Made by a program: the position numbers and the translations under genes
In this document: positions 25,088 through 39,155 of the stretch, piece after piece
Numbering within the stretch: the first letter of the stretch is position 1
Layout: each line of letters opens with the position of its first letter
The notes under the pieces: generated by a model
What the model was told of the DNA's origin: nothing
The model's input: the letters and a program-made list of their open reading frames with translations, nothing else
Database searches by the model: none
From: Mobula hypostoma
Lineage: Eukaryota
Assembly (NCBI RefSeq): GCF_963921235.1
Contig: NC_086097.1
Span: forward strand, 158,412,001-158,476,000
Direction of reading: 5' to 3'
DNA: 64,000 bases

Positions 25088-27782
25088 AAGACCATAAGAT
25101 ATAGGAACAGAATTAGGCCATTGGACCCATCGAGTGTGCTGCGCCATTTCATCGTGGCTGATGCAATATTCCTCTCAGCTCCAATCTCTAGCCTTCTCAT
25201 CATATCCCTTCATGTTCTGACCAGCCAAGATTATATCAACCTATACCTTAAATTTACATTAAGACTTGACCTCCACAGCTGCCCATGGCAAAGAATTCCA
25301 CAGATTCACCAGTCTCTGGCTAAAAGAATTCCTCCTTAATTCCATTCTAAAAGTATGCACCACCATTGTGAGGCTGTGTCCTCTGATCTTAGACTCTCCC
25401 ACCAAAGGAAATATCTTCCCTACATCCACTCTGTCAAGGCGTTCACTATTTGATGGGTTTCAATGAGATCACTCCTCATTATCTGAATTCCAGTGAATAC
25501 AGGCCCAGAGCCATCAAATGCTCTTCATATGACAAGCCATTCAATCCTGGAATCATTTTCATGAACTTCCTTTGAACCCTGTCTAGTTTCAACACATCCT
25601 TGCACAATTGGCAGTCCCTGCAAAAGGACTCTCATGTTGCTTTACACCTCAGTGTTTTTTGTATTTTCTCTCTGTTTAGAAAATCACCAATCCTTTCATT
25701 TCTTCTACCAAAGTGCATGGCTAAGTGGTCTATAGTTTCCTTTGTTCTTCCTCTCTCCTTCTTGAAGTGTGGAGTAATATTTGCAATTTTCCAGTCCACC
25801 AGAACCAAAACAGAATCTAGTGATTCTTGAAAGATCATTACTAATGCCTCCACAATCTCTTCTTCCACCTCTTTCAGAACTCTGGGGGTGTCCACCATCT
25901 GGTCCAGGTGACTTATCTACCTTCAGTCCTTTCAGTTTCCCAAGAACCTTCTTTCTAGTTATGGTAACTTTGTGCACTTCATGAACCTGGACATCGGGTA
26001 CTTCCACCACTAACGTCTTCCACAGTGAAGACTGATGCAAAATACTTATTTAGTTCGTCTGCTGCTTTGTTGTTCCCCATTACTACCTCTCCAGGGTTAT
26101 TTTCTAGTGGCCTGATACCCATTCTTGCTTCTCTTTTACACTTTATGTATCCGAAGAAAATTTTGGTGTCTTGGCTAGCTTACTTTCGTATTCCATCTTT
26201 ACCTTCTTAATGTTTTTTTAGTTGCATTCTGTTGGTTTTTAAAAGCTTCCCAATCCTTTAACTTCCCACTAATTTTTGCTCTATTATATATACTCTCTTT
26301 GGCTTTTATGTTGGATTTGACTTCTCTTGTTAGCCATGGTTGTGTCATCTTTCCTTTAGAATACCTCTTCCTCTTTGGGATGTATATATATCCTGTGCCT
26401 TCCGAATTGCTTCCAGAAATTCCAGCCATTCCTGCTCTGCCACCATCCCTGCCAGTATTCTTTTCCAATCAATTCTGGCTAACTCTTCTCTTGTGCTTCT
26501 ATAATTCCCTTTACTCCACTGTAATACTGATATAGACTTTAGATTCTCCTTTTCAGATTTCAGGGTAAATTTGATCATTTTATGATCATTTTCCTGTGAG
26601 GGTTCTACGACCTTAAGCTCTCAAATAATTCTCTTTCATTCATCAGCAACCAATTCAGAATAGCTGATCATCTTGGCTCAACCACGAGCTGCCCCAAAAA
26701 GCCATCCTGTAGGCACTCTAGAAGTTCCACCTCCTGTAACCCTGATTTTCCCAATCTACCTGTATATTGAAGTCCCCCATCACCGTGGCAACATTGCCCT
26801 TTTGGCTTGCATTTTCTATCTCCTGTTGTAATTTGTAGGCCACATCTTTACTACTGTTTGAGGGTCTGTAACAACTCCCAACAAGGTCTTTTTACCCTTG
26901 CAGTTCCTTATTTCTATCCACAGTGATTCAACACCTTCCGACCATGTGTCATCTCTTTCTATTGATCTGGTTTCATTTTTTACCAACAGAGTAACACTGC
27001 CTCCTCTGTCTTCCTGCCTATCCTTTTGATACAGTGTGTATCCTTGGACATTAAGCTCCCAGCTATCATATTTCAGTCATGGTTCAGTGATGCCTACAAC
27101 ATTGCACCTACCAATCTGTGTCTGTTCTGCCGTGGTCCTCTACCTTGTTCTGTATACTGCACGCATTCAAATACTACACCTTCAGTCCTGTATTCATCCT
27201 TTCTGATTTTGTCCACCTTTTAAGTTGCAGTTCATCCTGCTGACTGGCAATTTTGCCCTATCAACAGCCTCTCCTCACTACGCGTTGCCTCTGTTTTTAA
27301 ACCAGCTACCTGATTTTCTGCCCTATCACCCACCTTTCCTACGATATTTCTTGCATTGAAATATATGCAGCACTGGACGCCAGTCGCACTATGCTCAACA
27401 TTTTGATTTCTAACTTTGTATGAGGCCTTAACAATATCTACCTGTACAACGTCTCCGCTAACTGTTCTGGCGCTCTGGTTACCATCCCCCTGCAACTCTA
27501 GTTTAAACCGCACCATGCAGCTTTTACAAACGTTCCCGCTAGGATGTTAGTCCCCCTGCAGTTCGGGTGCAAACCCTTCTGTATTGGTCCCCCCCTCCCT
27601 AGAAGAGAGCTCAATGATCCAAAAATCTTATGCCCTCCCTCCTACACCAACTCTTTAGCCACCTATTAAACTGTGTAATCTTCCTAGTTCTGGCCACACT
27701 AGAACGTGGCGGGTAGCAACCCTGAGGTCACAACCCTGGAGGTCTTGCCATTTAACTTAGCACTCTGAACTCCCTGTGCGAA
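25088..27782 (-). mobile_element. Degenerate CR1 LINE (ORF1 esterase end, APE, partial RT, 3' end) with an internal deletion near 25720
   Basis: YFNARNI, LKVDKSPGPDG, WKIANITP, WLTREVK on the minus strand. Confidence 0.9.
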
Positions 27783-28524
27783 ACCTTGCCATTGGGGAAA
27801 CTGCGCCATTAAAGAGTCATATGGGACCCAGGTCATTTTCAAGAGTCAAAGATTAGTTATAAGGATATTTATGCTGATGTTCTCACCAGTACACTGATGC
27901 CGGAATTATGTACAGTCTCTACAAAAGGGGGAGCATTTAGGAAACTAACTCCATTGCTTCAGAGCTATAGGCATCTTCAGCCATGTTTCTGGCTTATGAG
28001 CTATTCAGGTTACAAGCTCCACAGTATCCTGGAGAGGACTTTTATAAGCATAAGTTCAATGCAGAGAGAGAGTTGCCATAAAGTTATCATTAACCATTGG
28101 CACAGAACAAAAGGAAGGATCCATTATTACACCCTTTTCCAGTTCTTGCCAGTTTGTGACATAGCAATATTAACAAATGTATACATCCATTATATGCATA
28201 CCAACTGGGTGTTTCACAAAATTCAGAGAATGGTTTTTCCATTTCATGGACAGCTGACAGCACTTGGGTCTCTCCTTGATGCAAACCAGACATTTTGTCA
28301 TCTGTCCCAGCATTGCTTGACCTTGTGTATCCAGCTGATAAGGAAGGCCCAGCTGGCCAGTTCTTTTTGTGAGATGATAGAAATGGAACGTGGTGAACTC
28401 TCACAATACCAAGTCAGTTTTCCATTTTGTAACATAAATGTTTCGAGTCGTAATTTTGCCACTACTTGTCTAACTGTTATGATCCTGCTTTCACTTTGGT
28501 CTGTCACCAAAGACTCCAACAGAT

Positions 28525-28985
28525 TTCCACAGATGTGCCATGGGGGGCATTCTGACTGGTTGCCTCACTGTCTGGTATGGAGGTCCTAAAGCACAGGGTT
28601 GAAAAGAAAAGCTGCAGAGGGTTATACACTCAGGACATCACTCACCTCTCAACCATTGTAGACATTTTCAAATGAGGGGACCGCAAGAAGGTGGCATCAA
28701 TCACTGAGGACCTTCACCATCCAGGCCATGCCCTCTTCATGTTACTGTGGTCAGGGAAGAGGTACAGGAGCCAGGAGCCAGGATTTGGGACAACTTCTCC
28801 CCATCTGCCAACAGATTTATGAATGGTCCATGAACAATACCTCACTATTTTGCTCCTATTTTTTCAATATTCCTAGTTGTGACCTATAGTCATTTTTTTG
28901 TGTATTGCACTGTACTGCTGCTGCTCAACAGGAAATTTCATGACTTAGGTGTAAGTGATAATAAACAAGATTCTGATACTGATTC
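28525..28985 (+). mobile_element. Rex1/Babar-like LINE 3' end
   Basis: Colinear with 40410-40910. Confidence 0.75.
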
Positions 28986-29329
28986 TCCAATAGTGGCATC
29001 TTTTGGCACTACCTGTTACGTTTGTACTGCGTTCAAAGGAGCAAATAAATGATTTTAAAGAACATCTCGTCAAAGATTGATATAAATAATTAAAATTTTG
29101 CAAGTGATTTTAATTATCATTAAGCTTTTGTAACTTGTCATCTATGATTTTTGTTGGTGATGTTATTGTATGAATAGTTAATGAGCTTGCATTACATTCT
29201 ACTTTCCTTATATTGCTGCCTGTTTAAAACAAATGCCTCTATTTAACTGGAAATGAATTGAGGGTGATTGATTTGAACTGCTAGTTGAGATTAAATGAAA
29301 TATACTAGTGCAAGACTTGTTGTGTTAAC

Positions 29330-31862
29330 TGTTGTGTTTTATAACTCCAAAACATAGAAAAAGCTAATTGAAAGGAAAACAAAAGAGTTGGGAATGCAAG
29401 TCTAACTTTGTTTTTACTTTAAGCAAGGTGCATATGTATAACATGGTGGCATAATAACATACGCAGTTTACATATTTTTACATATAACCGGCAATGGATT
29501 ATGTAAACAACAAAGAATGATTAATCACAGAATATATTTACAATTCTATCTTAAATATTACTGAAATATTAAATACACAACACTATCCCGTTTAGGCCTA
29601 AATATTTAATCATTGTGGAGGCTTTCTCACTCTTGTGGTATAATATATTTCCTGATTGGGTGGCGGGGGGGGGGGCCACTCTGCTTGGTAAGAGAGACTT
29701 GTGGCTGTGAAACAATCTCAGGTTCTAGGGTCTCCTCTATGGTGGTTGTAGGAGTTGTCTCTGGGACTGCAGGAAATAGATCTGACAGCTCTGGAGTTGA
29801 CTCTGGACACGTTTCTTCTGGATGTGTTGGCACTGTGAATAGTGGATGGCAAGTTCATTGGAAGATGTGGATTATAATGTGTGAGTATAGTCTATCGTCA
29901 CCACTTCATTGACCTTTTTAAAATTCAACTCACACTCCTTTGTCCATTGACATGTTTTCCCGATCTGTGGTAATGAGTTCAAGGGGTGGAGCACAGTAGT
30001 CAGGTTTGGCAGGAACCTGTTATAGTAATTGACAAATCGTGGAAGGTCCACATATCTGGCAGATCTTTAGCCTTGGGGCATCTAACGCTGCTTGAATTTT
30101 CTCAGCACACTTGTGTAATCGTTGTGTGTCAGTAGTGTGACCAAATTAAGTGATGCTTGGTTTGAAGAATTTACACTTGTCATGTATTTCTCTGAGCCCA
30201 TAATCTTCTAATCTTTAAAAAAAATAACAATTTTGGAGACATACCTAGTCATCCTTATCAGTAACAATGATGTCATTGGTTTAACACTGGGTGCCTGGGC
30301 AGCCTTGCAGCACCTGGACAACAGCTTTCTGCTGGAGTGCAGGTGTAGATGCTACTCCAGAAATCAGTGATAAATCCCTTTATGAGTGTTTATAGTGAAA
30401 AACACTTTGGACTCTTCTTCCAACTCCATCTGCAGGTAGACCTCAGCTAAGTCCATTTTGCTGACATGTTTCCCTCCAGAAAGGTTTGTAAAGATATCCT
30501 CTATCATGGGAAGAGGGTATTGATCTAATTTCAGCACTGGGTTGATGGCGATCTTAAAATCACCACAGATCCTGACAGACCCATTCCTCTTAGCTTTGGG
30601 GACCAGTGGCTTTGCCCATAGGCTCTACTCAACCTTGGAAAAAATTCCTTCAGCCTCCATGCGATCTAGTTCACTGGCTACTTTATCACGTATAGTATAA
30701 CCGGGCAGGTTTTGCAAAACTTGGGTGTGGATTTTCATTTAACACTATTTTACCCTTGATATGTTTTGAGTTTTCCAATGCCATCCCTGAACAATGTTGT
30801 GACATCACCCAGTATCACTCTTATTTCACTTGACTTTATTGCAGGGGATGTGGCATGCAAATTGTAGATAGATCTCCAATCAAGTTGTAGTTGTCTCAGC
30901 TATTCACATCCTACGATGCTGGCCCTCCTGTTTTTACCACATATAAGCCCAATGTGGCTTGTTGGTTGTTGTATTTCACAGTTACAAATGTCACTCCTAC
31001 AGGTGTTATCTCTTCAGTATAATATCCAAATTGGATATTTGCAGGGTTCAGTTTAATATCTTTGAAATACCATTTAAACCCATTTTGTGGAATTGAGTAA
31101 AACAGCTGAGCCTGTGTCCAATTCCATTCTAATTAGTTTGCCTTTCACTTCTGGTATAAGCCATATTGCTTGTCTCTAGTTAGTTTTCACATTGTACATC
31201 TAAAGACTGCTCAGTTCTGAGTCACTCATTATCAGAGTTTTCATCAACAGCATTCAGAATAGTGCCCTTTTTGAAACTGCAATTTGCCTTTTTTATCTTT
31301 TTCTCTTCCCTGTGTAGTCCATATACTTTTGTCTGCCGGACCTGTTCTTTGTATGTGTTCTACTTTGTTGCATTTTTTTTTTTTTTTGCAAGGCTCACAG
31401 TTAAACCTGGATTAGTCTGGTGTTTGTGACCCCTTGTCATAATGGCAGTACAATTTGTTCAGCCAGGCAGATTTCTGTTTGTACATTACAATTTTGTTCA
31501 CACTCACTTTCATTCCTGACTGCAACTGCATTTTCTTTTAACTCAAACATCTCAGTATGCTTCAACAGGTAGGTAGTGTTCTTGGGCTCATTTTAAAAAT
31601 ATCTCATCGCCACTGTTATGTTTTGTAACTTCAAAACATAAAAACTAATTGAAAGCAAAACAGAGGAGGTAGGAATGTGAAGCTAACTTCATTTTTACTT
31701 GTAGCAAGGCATGTAGACATGACGTTGGCTGAGTAATGATGTATGCTATGTATCTACTTTTACACACAACCTGCATTGCATAATTTAAACAACAATGGAT
31801 GATTAATAAAACATATATTTATAATATTACTCGAATTTTGCTGAAATATTAAATATATAACA
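29330..31862 (-). mobile_element. Gypsy/Ty3 LTR retrotransposon relic, internally deleted, with both LTRs
   Basis: LTRs 29330-29582 and 31614-31862 (TGTT...AACA); 5-bp TSD ttaac (29325-29329 and 31863-31867); PBS TGGCGATGAG on minus at 31603-31612; protease MELDTGSAV (~31101-31128); RT GSVRICGDFK..QYPLP..DIF (~30410-30610). Confidence 0.93.
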
Positions 31863-31902
31863 TTAACCATGCAGTAAGTTTCTTTCTTTTATTACCCAAC
31901 AG

Positions 31903-31980
31903 CATCACAAATCGACCCCAATGAAATACAGGAAGTCTTTGAGGAGCTTACAACCAACATTTTCCGCATTAACTCGAATG
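31903..31980 (+). CDS. TSNARE1: Coding exon of a t-SNARE domain-containing protein 1 (syntaxin 12/7-like), N-terminal Ha helix
   Basis: Polypyrimidine tract + AG acceptor, GTGAGT donor, phase 1-1; SQIDPNEIQEVFEELTTNIFRINSN resembles the recalled human TSNARE1 [24 protein letters not shown]. Confidence 0.88.
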
Positions 31981-33385
31981 GTGAGTTTCCCTTTCATCTT
32001 CTTGGACTGTGTAATGGTTCTGCCTCAGTTATTGTTGAGATTGATTGGGTAAATGATTGACTGGAAATTGAAGATCAAGTGAGTCCAGTTACTATTCTTG
32101 ATAAACTGTAGTCAGGTTTTTATAAATGCAAAGTATTTATTGACAAATGTGTATCAGCCATTGAATTAGAGGTGACAGGTTATGTGATTCATAGCCAAGT
32201 ATATTGTACAGGAAACAGTCTTCAGAAAATAAACCGTGTATAAAGAGTGCAGTAAAAAGAAACTTCTTCCAATAAAACAGTTTAATTTCCTCCCAGTGGC
32301 ACAAAATGCAGTGATGGGTAAGTTGTTACCTTTGTACACATAATCTCAGCTTCAATCATTCACATCCATACGGACACTAAGATTGATTTGTAGGTGACCT
32401 ACCTTATCCCTGGATATTGTGATGTCACCACATGATGGATGTCCAACAATTCCGGCCTTCCTTTCAATCTAGACAAAAGAATCTGCAATCATGTGGGTTA
32501 GATTCCGATGTCCTTTGAATGAAGAAGAAGGACTCTGAGACTGAGGAAGAAGGAGGAAAGAGGAACAGGGTCAGTAAAAATTGCATTGTGTACTTAGGAT
32601 TATTTACTTAGGATATGAGCTTCTCACAGTATCAATGCAGAACAACCATTTCCCATGTAATTTCCCCAAAACTGGAACCTGGCTGTAGAAAACTGAGTGC
32701 TGGCCTAGTTCTTAACTGAACTACATTGGGATTCTGGATTTTCAAACACAAAGGACCAGGATTTTGTGATTAGTAGTGAGAATCCACTGAAGCAGAAGAT
32801 TACAAGTACTGTCCAGCACAGCATGTTTGAAAGGTAACAGGCCTCTTCAGCTGACTTGACTTAGCCTTGAAGTATTGCGTAGACTATACTGAGACACCAG
32901 TTGGCACTTCAAACTTCCATTTTAGACTTTGCTGAGTATGCAAGTGGTTCAGAGCTGATGCCTTCAGCTTCACAAGGACAGGCAGGAGTAGCAAGTTCAA
33001 TGTTTTGTTCAGTTTTTCCAGTACTTTCTAATGGTACCTTCTGTTTTCAACTTGTTGCTTTCCTTGCATGATTGGTTTTTGTCTTTCATCTAAAGACTTA
33101 ATTTTAAAGTAAATGTTTAATATCTTCCTTGATAACTAATTAATGCCTGTTTCAAGTTATCATCATGTGTTAACTGAGTAGTTGTGAATGTTGTTGCAAA
33201 TGATTGCATTACGGCCATGCAGACTAAATTAAACCAAATACTCTGTTTTATAGGTTGATTGTGATTTATTTTTACTCACTCTGCTAGATTACAGTGTTGA
33301 CTATAATATAAACAATGTTTCAGTAAAATACAAATCGGTTGATTAGTGAAACTATTCCCAATACCATTGTCTGTACTGACAACAT

Positions 33386-34535
33386 TAGAAACATAGAAAC
33401 ATAGAAAACCTACAGCACAATACAGGCCCTTTGGCCCACAAAGTTGTGCCAAACATTTCCCTACCTTAGAAATTACTAGGATTACTCATAGCCCTCTATT
33501 TTTCTAAGCTCCATGTACCTATCCAAAAGTCTCTTAAAAGACCCTATTGTATCCACCTCCACCACTGTTGCTGACAGCCCATTCCACGCATTTACCACCC
33601 TCTGCGTAAAAAACTTAACCCTGACATCTCTTCTGTATCTACTCCTAAGCACCTTAAATAGTCATTTCAGTCCTAGGAAAAAGCCTCTGACTATCCACAC
33701 GTTCAGTGCCTCTCATCATCTTATACACCTCTGTCAGGTCACCTCTCATCCTTTGTCGCTCCAAGGAGAAAAGGCCAAATTCAGTCAACCTATTCTCATA
33801 AAGCATGCTCCCCAATCCGAGCAACATCCTCGTAAATCTCCTCTGCACCCTTTCTATGGTTTCCACATCCTTCCTGTAGTGAGGCGACCAGAACTGAGCA
33901 CAGTACTCCAAGTGGGGTCTGACCAGGGTCTGATATAGCTGCAACATTACCTCTCAACTCCTAAATTCAGTTCCATGATTGATGAAGGCCAATACACCAT
34001 ATGTCTTCTTAACCACAGAGTCAACCTGCGTAGCTGCTTTGAGCGTCCTCTGGACCCGGATCCCAAGATCCCTCTGATCCTCCACACTGCCAAGAGTCTT
34101 ACCATTAATACTATATTCTGCCATCATATTTGACCTACCAAAATGAACCACTTCACACTTATCTGGGTTGAACTCCATCTGCCACTTCTCAGCCCAGTTT
34201 TGCATCCTATCAATGTCCCGCTGTGACCTCTGACGGCCCTCCACACTATCCACAACACCCCCAACCTTTGTGTCATCAGCAAATTTACTAACCCATCCCT
34301 CCATTTCCTCATGCAGGTCATTTATAAAAATCACAAAGAGTAAGGGTCCCAGAACAGATCCCTGAGGCACACCACTGGTCACCGACCTCCATGCAGAATA
34401 TGACCCGTCTACAACCACTCTTTGCCTTCTGTAAGCAAGCCAGTTCTAGATCCACAAACCAATGTCCCCTTGGATCCTATGCCTCCTTACTTTCTCAATA
34501 AGCTTTGCATGGGGTACCTTATCAAATGCCTTGCT
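33386..34535 (-). mobile_element. Young 5'-truncated CR1 LINE
   Basis: [46 protein letters not shown]; (tagaaaca)n tail at 33386-33405. Confidence 0.95.
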
Positions 34536-34697
34536 TGGTTGCTATTGCTATTGTTTGGTTAGTGTTTATAGTTTGGTTTATCAAAGTCATCCCCAGGTTA
34601 TTAACACCTGCAAGTACAAATGAGCCTCCAGAATATTATGAAATCAAGAAGTCTTACTTACGTATGTATGTTTTTTCTATGAATGACACAACTTATT

Positions 34698-34816
34698 TCT
34701 CTTCCTCTCTCTCTCTCTCTCTCCCTCTCCCTTTCTCTCTCTATCGCTCTCTCCCTCTCCCTTTCTCTCTCTATCATTCTCTCCCTCCCCCTTTTTCTCA
34801 CCATCTCTCTCCTCTC
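34698..34816. repeat. CT-rich simple/minisatellite repeat
   Basis: (CT)n followed by ~30-bp units ctctccctctccctttctctctctatc. Confidence 0.85.
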
Positions 34817-36981
34817 GCTCCAATTTCTTCACTTCTAGTAATTGTTCTTTCGTATCAGTCTTATATAGATTTGATGCCATTCATAACAATAGTGTAGAGG
34901 TGGGGTTACCATATTGAATGATTTTTGTGCATTTATGACTTATGGACACCTATACAAACAGAGGCTTTTCAGTATCTGTGGACAGTATGTATTGGAGTTC
35001 TAAATTGTACTTTTTTAATATTAATGAAGAGTTCCAGACAGAGAATTAAACACTTGGAGTTCTGGTTTGAGTGTTTTTAAAGCAGTCAGAGAGAGCTGTA
35101 AGAAACTGATGACATCTCTGAAAATCAGTCACAAAATGGCTGAACAGACATTTATTTTTCTCAGGGACACAGAAAGATTCGTGAGAAATGCAGAACTGAA
35201 TTAATAATATTTCTTTTGGGACATCCGCCTCTGTTGGAGCTGTTCCCTCAGAAATGCTTTAGAATATCTGACAAAAGCACAGTATCCACGATGGAGTGGA
35301 GGTAATTACTTCTGCAAGCAGAGTCTATGAAGTGATGTGGGGGAGGTGATGCATCACTGTGGACTGGAAGTGCTTACATTGGTTGGATGCCACTATAAAT
35401 TGCAATGTTCCTCAGGTGTTCCTTTGCTTCCAACGGTCTCTGTGCTGTGCAGCAGTTGTGGATTCAATCAGAAATGTTTTACTCCTATTTAAAATCTCAG
35501 GAAAATACAATGGCATAACCTATCTCTAGTGGTTAGCTTAAAATGAAACATTTAAACTTGCTGTTTGAAAAGATTAAAATTGAGTAAGATTGAAACTGTA
35601 ATGATTTTTTCACCTCTTAAATGTGCCATAAAATCAAGGCATTCAGCTTCTGAAAGGAAATAATCAGCATATCCTATCTGATATAATGACACAATGTTTT
35701 ATTTTGATTTTCAACCAACTCATAGGTAACAAATGCAGAGATTCCCTCTATATCTGTAGATAATAACTTTAAAATTAATATAAAGATTTTCACCTTTTTA
35801 TATGCTTCCACTGATGTACAAAATCCTTAAGCACACCTTAGTCTGGAGTGACCAATTCGGAGAGGAGTTGAGGCGGAGGAGTTTCGATGCCCATCCACCT
35901 AAACTGGCTGTGAGGTTGGATTGCTATAAGTGCAGAGCCAATTTGTAGAGGTTGAGAGTGACTTCAGGCTGGGCGGCGAGGTCTCAGCCCAGACCGTGTC
36001 ACTAGTGTCACTAGGTGGTGAAGTCTAGGCCAATAGAATATCACTGGGGGGGGGGGTGGAGTGCGATCCAGGCCGGTGCCCAGGTCGTAGTGTGCGGTAC
36101 TACCTGGTGTTTGGACAAATTAAACCCCGATCCATGTAGACTGGAAAGGCAGAGTGTTAGGACTGGAGGGAAGGGTTGGGCCAATTTTACTCACTCTCCC
36201 AGGATGTTCACTCCTTTTTCTGCACTGTTGAGTCTATGAGACTGCACCTGCTGCTCGACACTTTGTGTCTGCGAGCTTCGCAGTGATTTGCCCCTCTCTA
36301 TGATAAATTGAGATCCAGGGCTTTGGGCCTACTCCAGCTGCTCCAGGGATTCGGGTCTACGAACTCAATTTGGTTCAGAATTATGTTGCTGTTGCTTGCT
36401 TCTGTTGTTTGCATGATTTGTCTTTCATCTCTTTTCTCTGCACATTGGGTGTTGGTGTTTTTTTTGTTAATTGGGTTCTTTCAGGTTTCTTGCTTTGTGG
36501 CTGCCTATAATAAGACAAATCTCAAGGTTGGATAATTCATACATACTTTAATAATAAATGTACTTTGAATCCTTTCTATTTGTCAATATGGAGCAGAGAG
36601 CGAGTTTGTAACTGATGGGAGCAAAGGATGTTGGAACTGGTGAGGGTGGAGCACAGTGAGAGAGGTTTGGGACAGGTGCAGAGGAGTGCCAGGTGTGGGG
36701 GTTGGTGGGGGTGCAGACACACACAGCCTTGAGACACCAGACAAAGACATTTGATTCCAAACAATTCTTTTATTGATCATTACAGAATGTACCTTTGGTT
36801 CTTCCTGCTCCCTCTTCTCTCTCTTCCTGTTTTCCCAAATATGATCCCCCTCTCCTGCCCCCTTCTTACTCTCAGCCCACAATAGATAGTCATATCAAAA
36901 TCAGGTTTATCATCACTCACATACTGTATGAATTTTTTTTTGCGGCAGCAGTACAGTGCTTTGCAAAAGTCTTAGGCACCC

Positions 36982-39155
36982 TAGTGCCTATAAAAAGTAT
37001 ACAACCCCCTTGGAAGTTTTCATGTTTTATCGTTTTACAACATTGAATTACAGTGGATTTAATTTGCCTTTTTTGACACTGATTAACAGAAAAAGTGAAA
37101 ACATCTCTACAAAGTGATCTAAATTAATTACAAATATAAAACACAAAATCATTGATAAGTATTCACCGCCCTTTAATATGACACATCAAATCATCACTGG
37201 TGCAGCCAAATGGTTTTAGAAGTCACATAATTAGTTAAATGCAGTCATGGTGTTTCAACTGATTGTAGTAAAAATATATCTGTATCTGGAAGGTCCATCT
37301 GTTGGTGACAAAAGAACACTCCAAGCAACTCCACGAAAAGGTTATTGAAAAGCTTAATTCAGGAGATGGATACAAGAAAAAATTCCAAGTCACTGATATC
37401 CCTTCGAGTACAGTTAAGTCAATCATCAAGAACTGTAAAGAATATGGCACAGCTGTAAATTTGCCTAGAACAGGCTGTCTTCAAAAACTGAGTGTCTGTG
37501 CAAGAAGAGGACTAATGAGGAGACTACTGACAGACCTATGACAGCTCTGAAGGAGCTACAAGCTTCAGTGGCTGAGATAGAAGGGATTACACAGACAACT
37601 GTTGCTTGGGTGCTTCACCAGTCACAACTTTATGGGAAAGTGCAAAGAGAAAGTCACAGTTGGTTAAAAAAACTCTCAAGAGATCTTGGTTAGAGTTTGC
37701 TTGAAGGCATGTAGGAGACTCTGAAGTCAGCTGGAAGAAGGTTCTATGGTCTGATGAAACCTAAATTGAGCTTCTTGGCCATCAGACTAAATGTTATGTT
37801 TGGCATAAACCAAACACTGCACATCATCAAAAACACACAATCTGTACTGTGAAGCATGGTGGTAGCTGCATCATGTGGTAGGGATGCTTCACTGTAGCAG
37901 GCCCTGGAAGGCCTGTGAAGGTAGAGGGTAAAAGGAATGCAGCAAAATACGGGGAAATCCTGGAAGAAAACTTGATGCAGTCTGTAAGAGAACTGTGATT
38001 TGGAAGAATATTAGTTTTCCAGCAAGACAATGATCCCAAGCATAAAGCCAAAGCTACACAAGAATGGCTTAAAAACAACAAAGTTAATGTACTGGAGTGG
38101 CCAAGTCAGAGTCCAGACCTCAGTCCAATTAAGGATTTGTGTCTGGACATGAAAAGGTCAGTTCGTTCACGATCCCCATGCAATCTTTAGATTATGAAGA
38201 AACGCAGTCCTCTTTTATTGTCATTTAGTAATGCATGCATTAAGAAATGATACAATATTTCCTCCGGTGTGATATCACAAAACACAGGACAGACCAAGTC
38301 TGAAAAAACTAACAAAACCACATAATTATAACATATAGTTACAACAGTGCAACAATACCATAACTTGATGAAGAAGTCCATGAGCACAGTAAAAAGTTCA
38401 AAGTCTCTCAAATGTCCCATATCTCACGCAGACGGGAGAAAGAAGAAAAACTCTCCCTGCCACGTCGACCACAGTCCGACTCTGAGTCATCCGAAAATTT
38501 CGAGCCTCGGATTCAGCTCTCCGACACCGAGTACTGAGGGCCATCTCTGTCCGCACGATTCAACCTGAATCTGGGTCGCCAACAGCAGGCAAAGCCGGGG
38601 ATTTTGAGGCCTTCCCTCCGGAAGATTCCCGACCGCGCGGTAATGACAGCAGCGAATGAGCGTTTCAGAAATTCCTCCAGAAGTTCCTCTGTGCTTTCAC
38701 ATCCGTCTCCATCAAATCAGAATTGTCGATGGCCCCTATTTAACGGATACGATATCATTTTTCACCGGAGGGCTGCGCACGCGTGACGCGCTGCTCTCTC
38801 TCCTCCTGCCATCTTGCAGAATTTGAGCAGTTTTGTACAGAAGAATGGGGAAAAATTGCATTGTGCTGATGTACAAAGCTGATAGAGGCCTATTCACAAA
38901 GAATTAAGGCTATAATTGCTGCCAAAGGTGCACCTACGAAATACTGACTTTAAGCAGGTGATTACTTATGCAATCACTTAATTTGCATTTTGTATTTGTA
39001 ATTAATTTTGATCACTTTGCAGAGATCTGTTTTCACTTTGACACAGAAGGGTCTTTTTCTGTTGATTAGTGTCAAAAAAAGCCAAACTAAATCCATTTGG
39101 ATTCAATGTTGTAAAACAATAAAACATGAAAACTTCCAAGGGGGTGGGGTTGATA
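36982..39155 (+). mobile_element. Tc1-like (Passport-like) transposon with a decayed transposase
   Basis: TIR cccccttggaagttttcatgttttat / ataaaacatgaaaacttccaaggggg; [48 protein letters not shown]. Confidence 0.92.
38188..38810 (-). mobile_element. Young CpG-rich non-autonomous retroelement inserted in the Tc1 transposase
   Basis: TSD atctt (38183-38187 and 38811-38815); LINE-like 3' end with AATAAA on minus; no ORF. Confidence 0.75.

Noticed and set aside
27897..28589. 230-aa ORF
   Set aside because: No recognisable motifs or codon pattern, and it runs into a Rex1 fragment.
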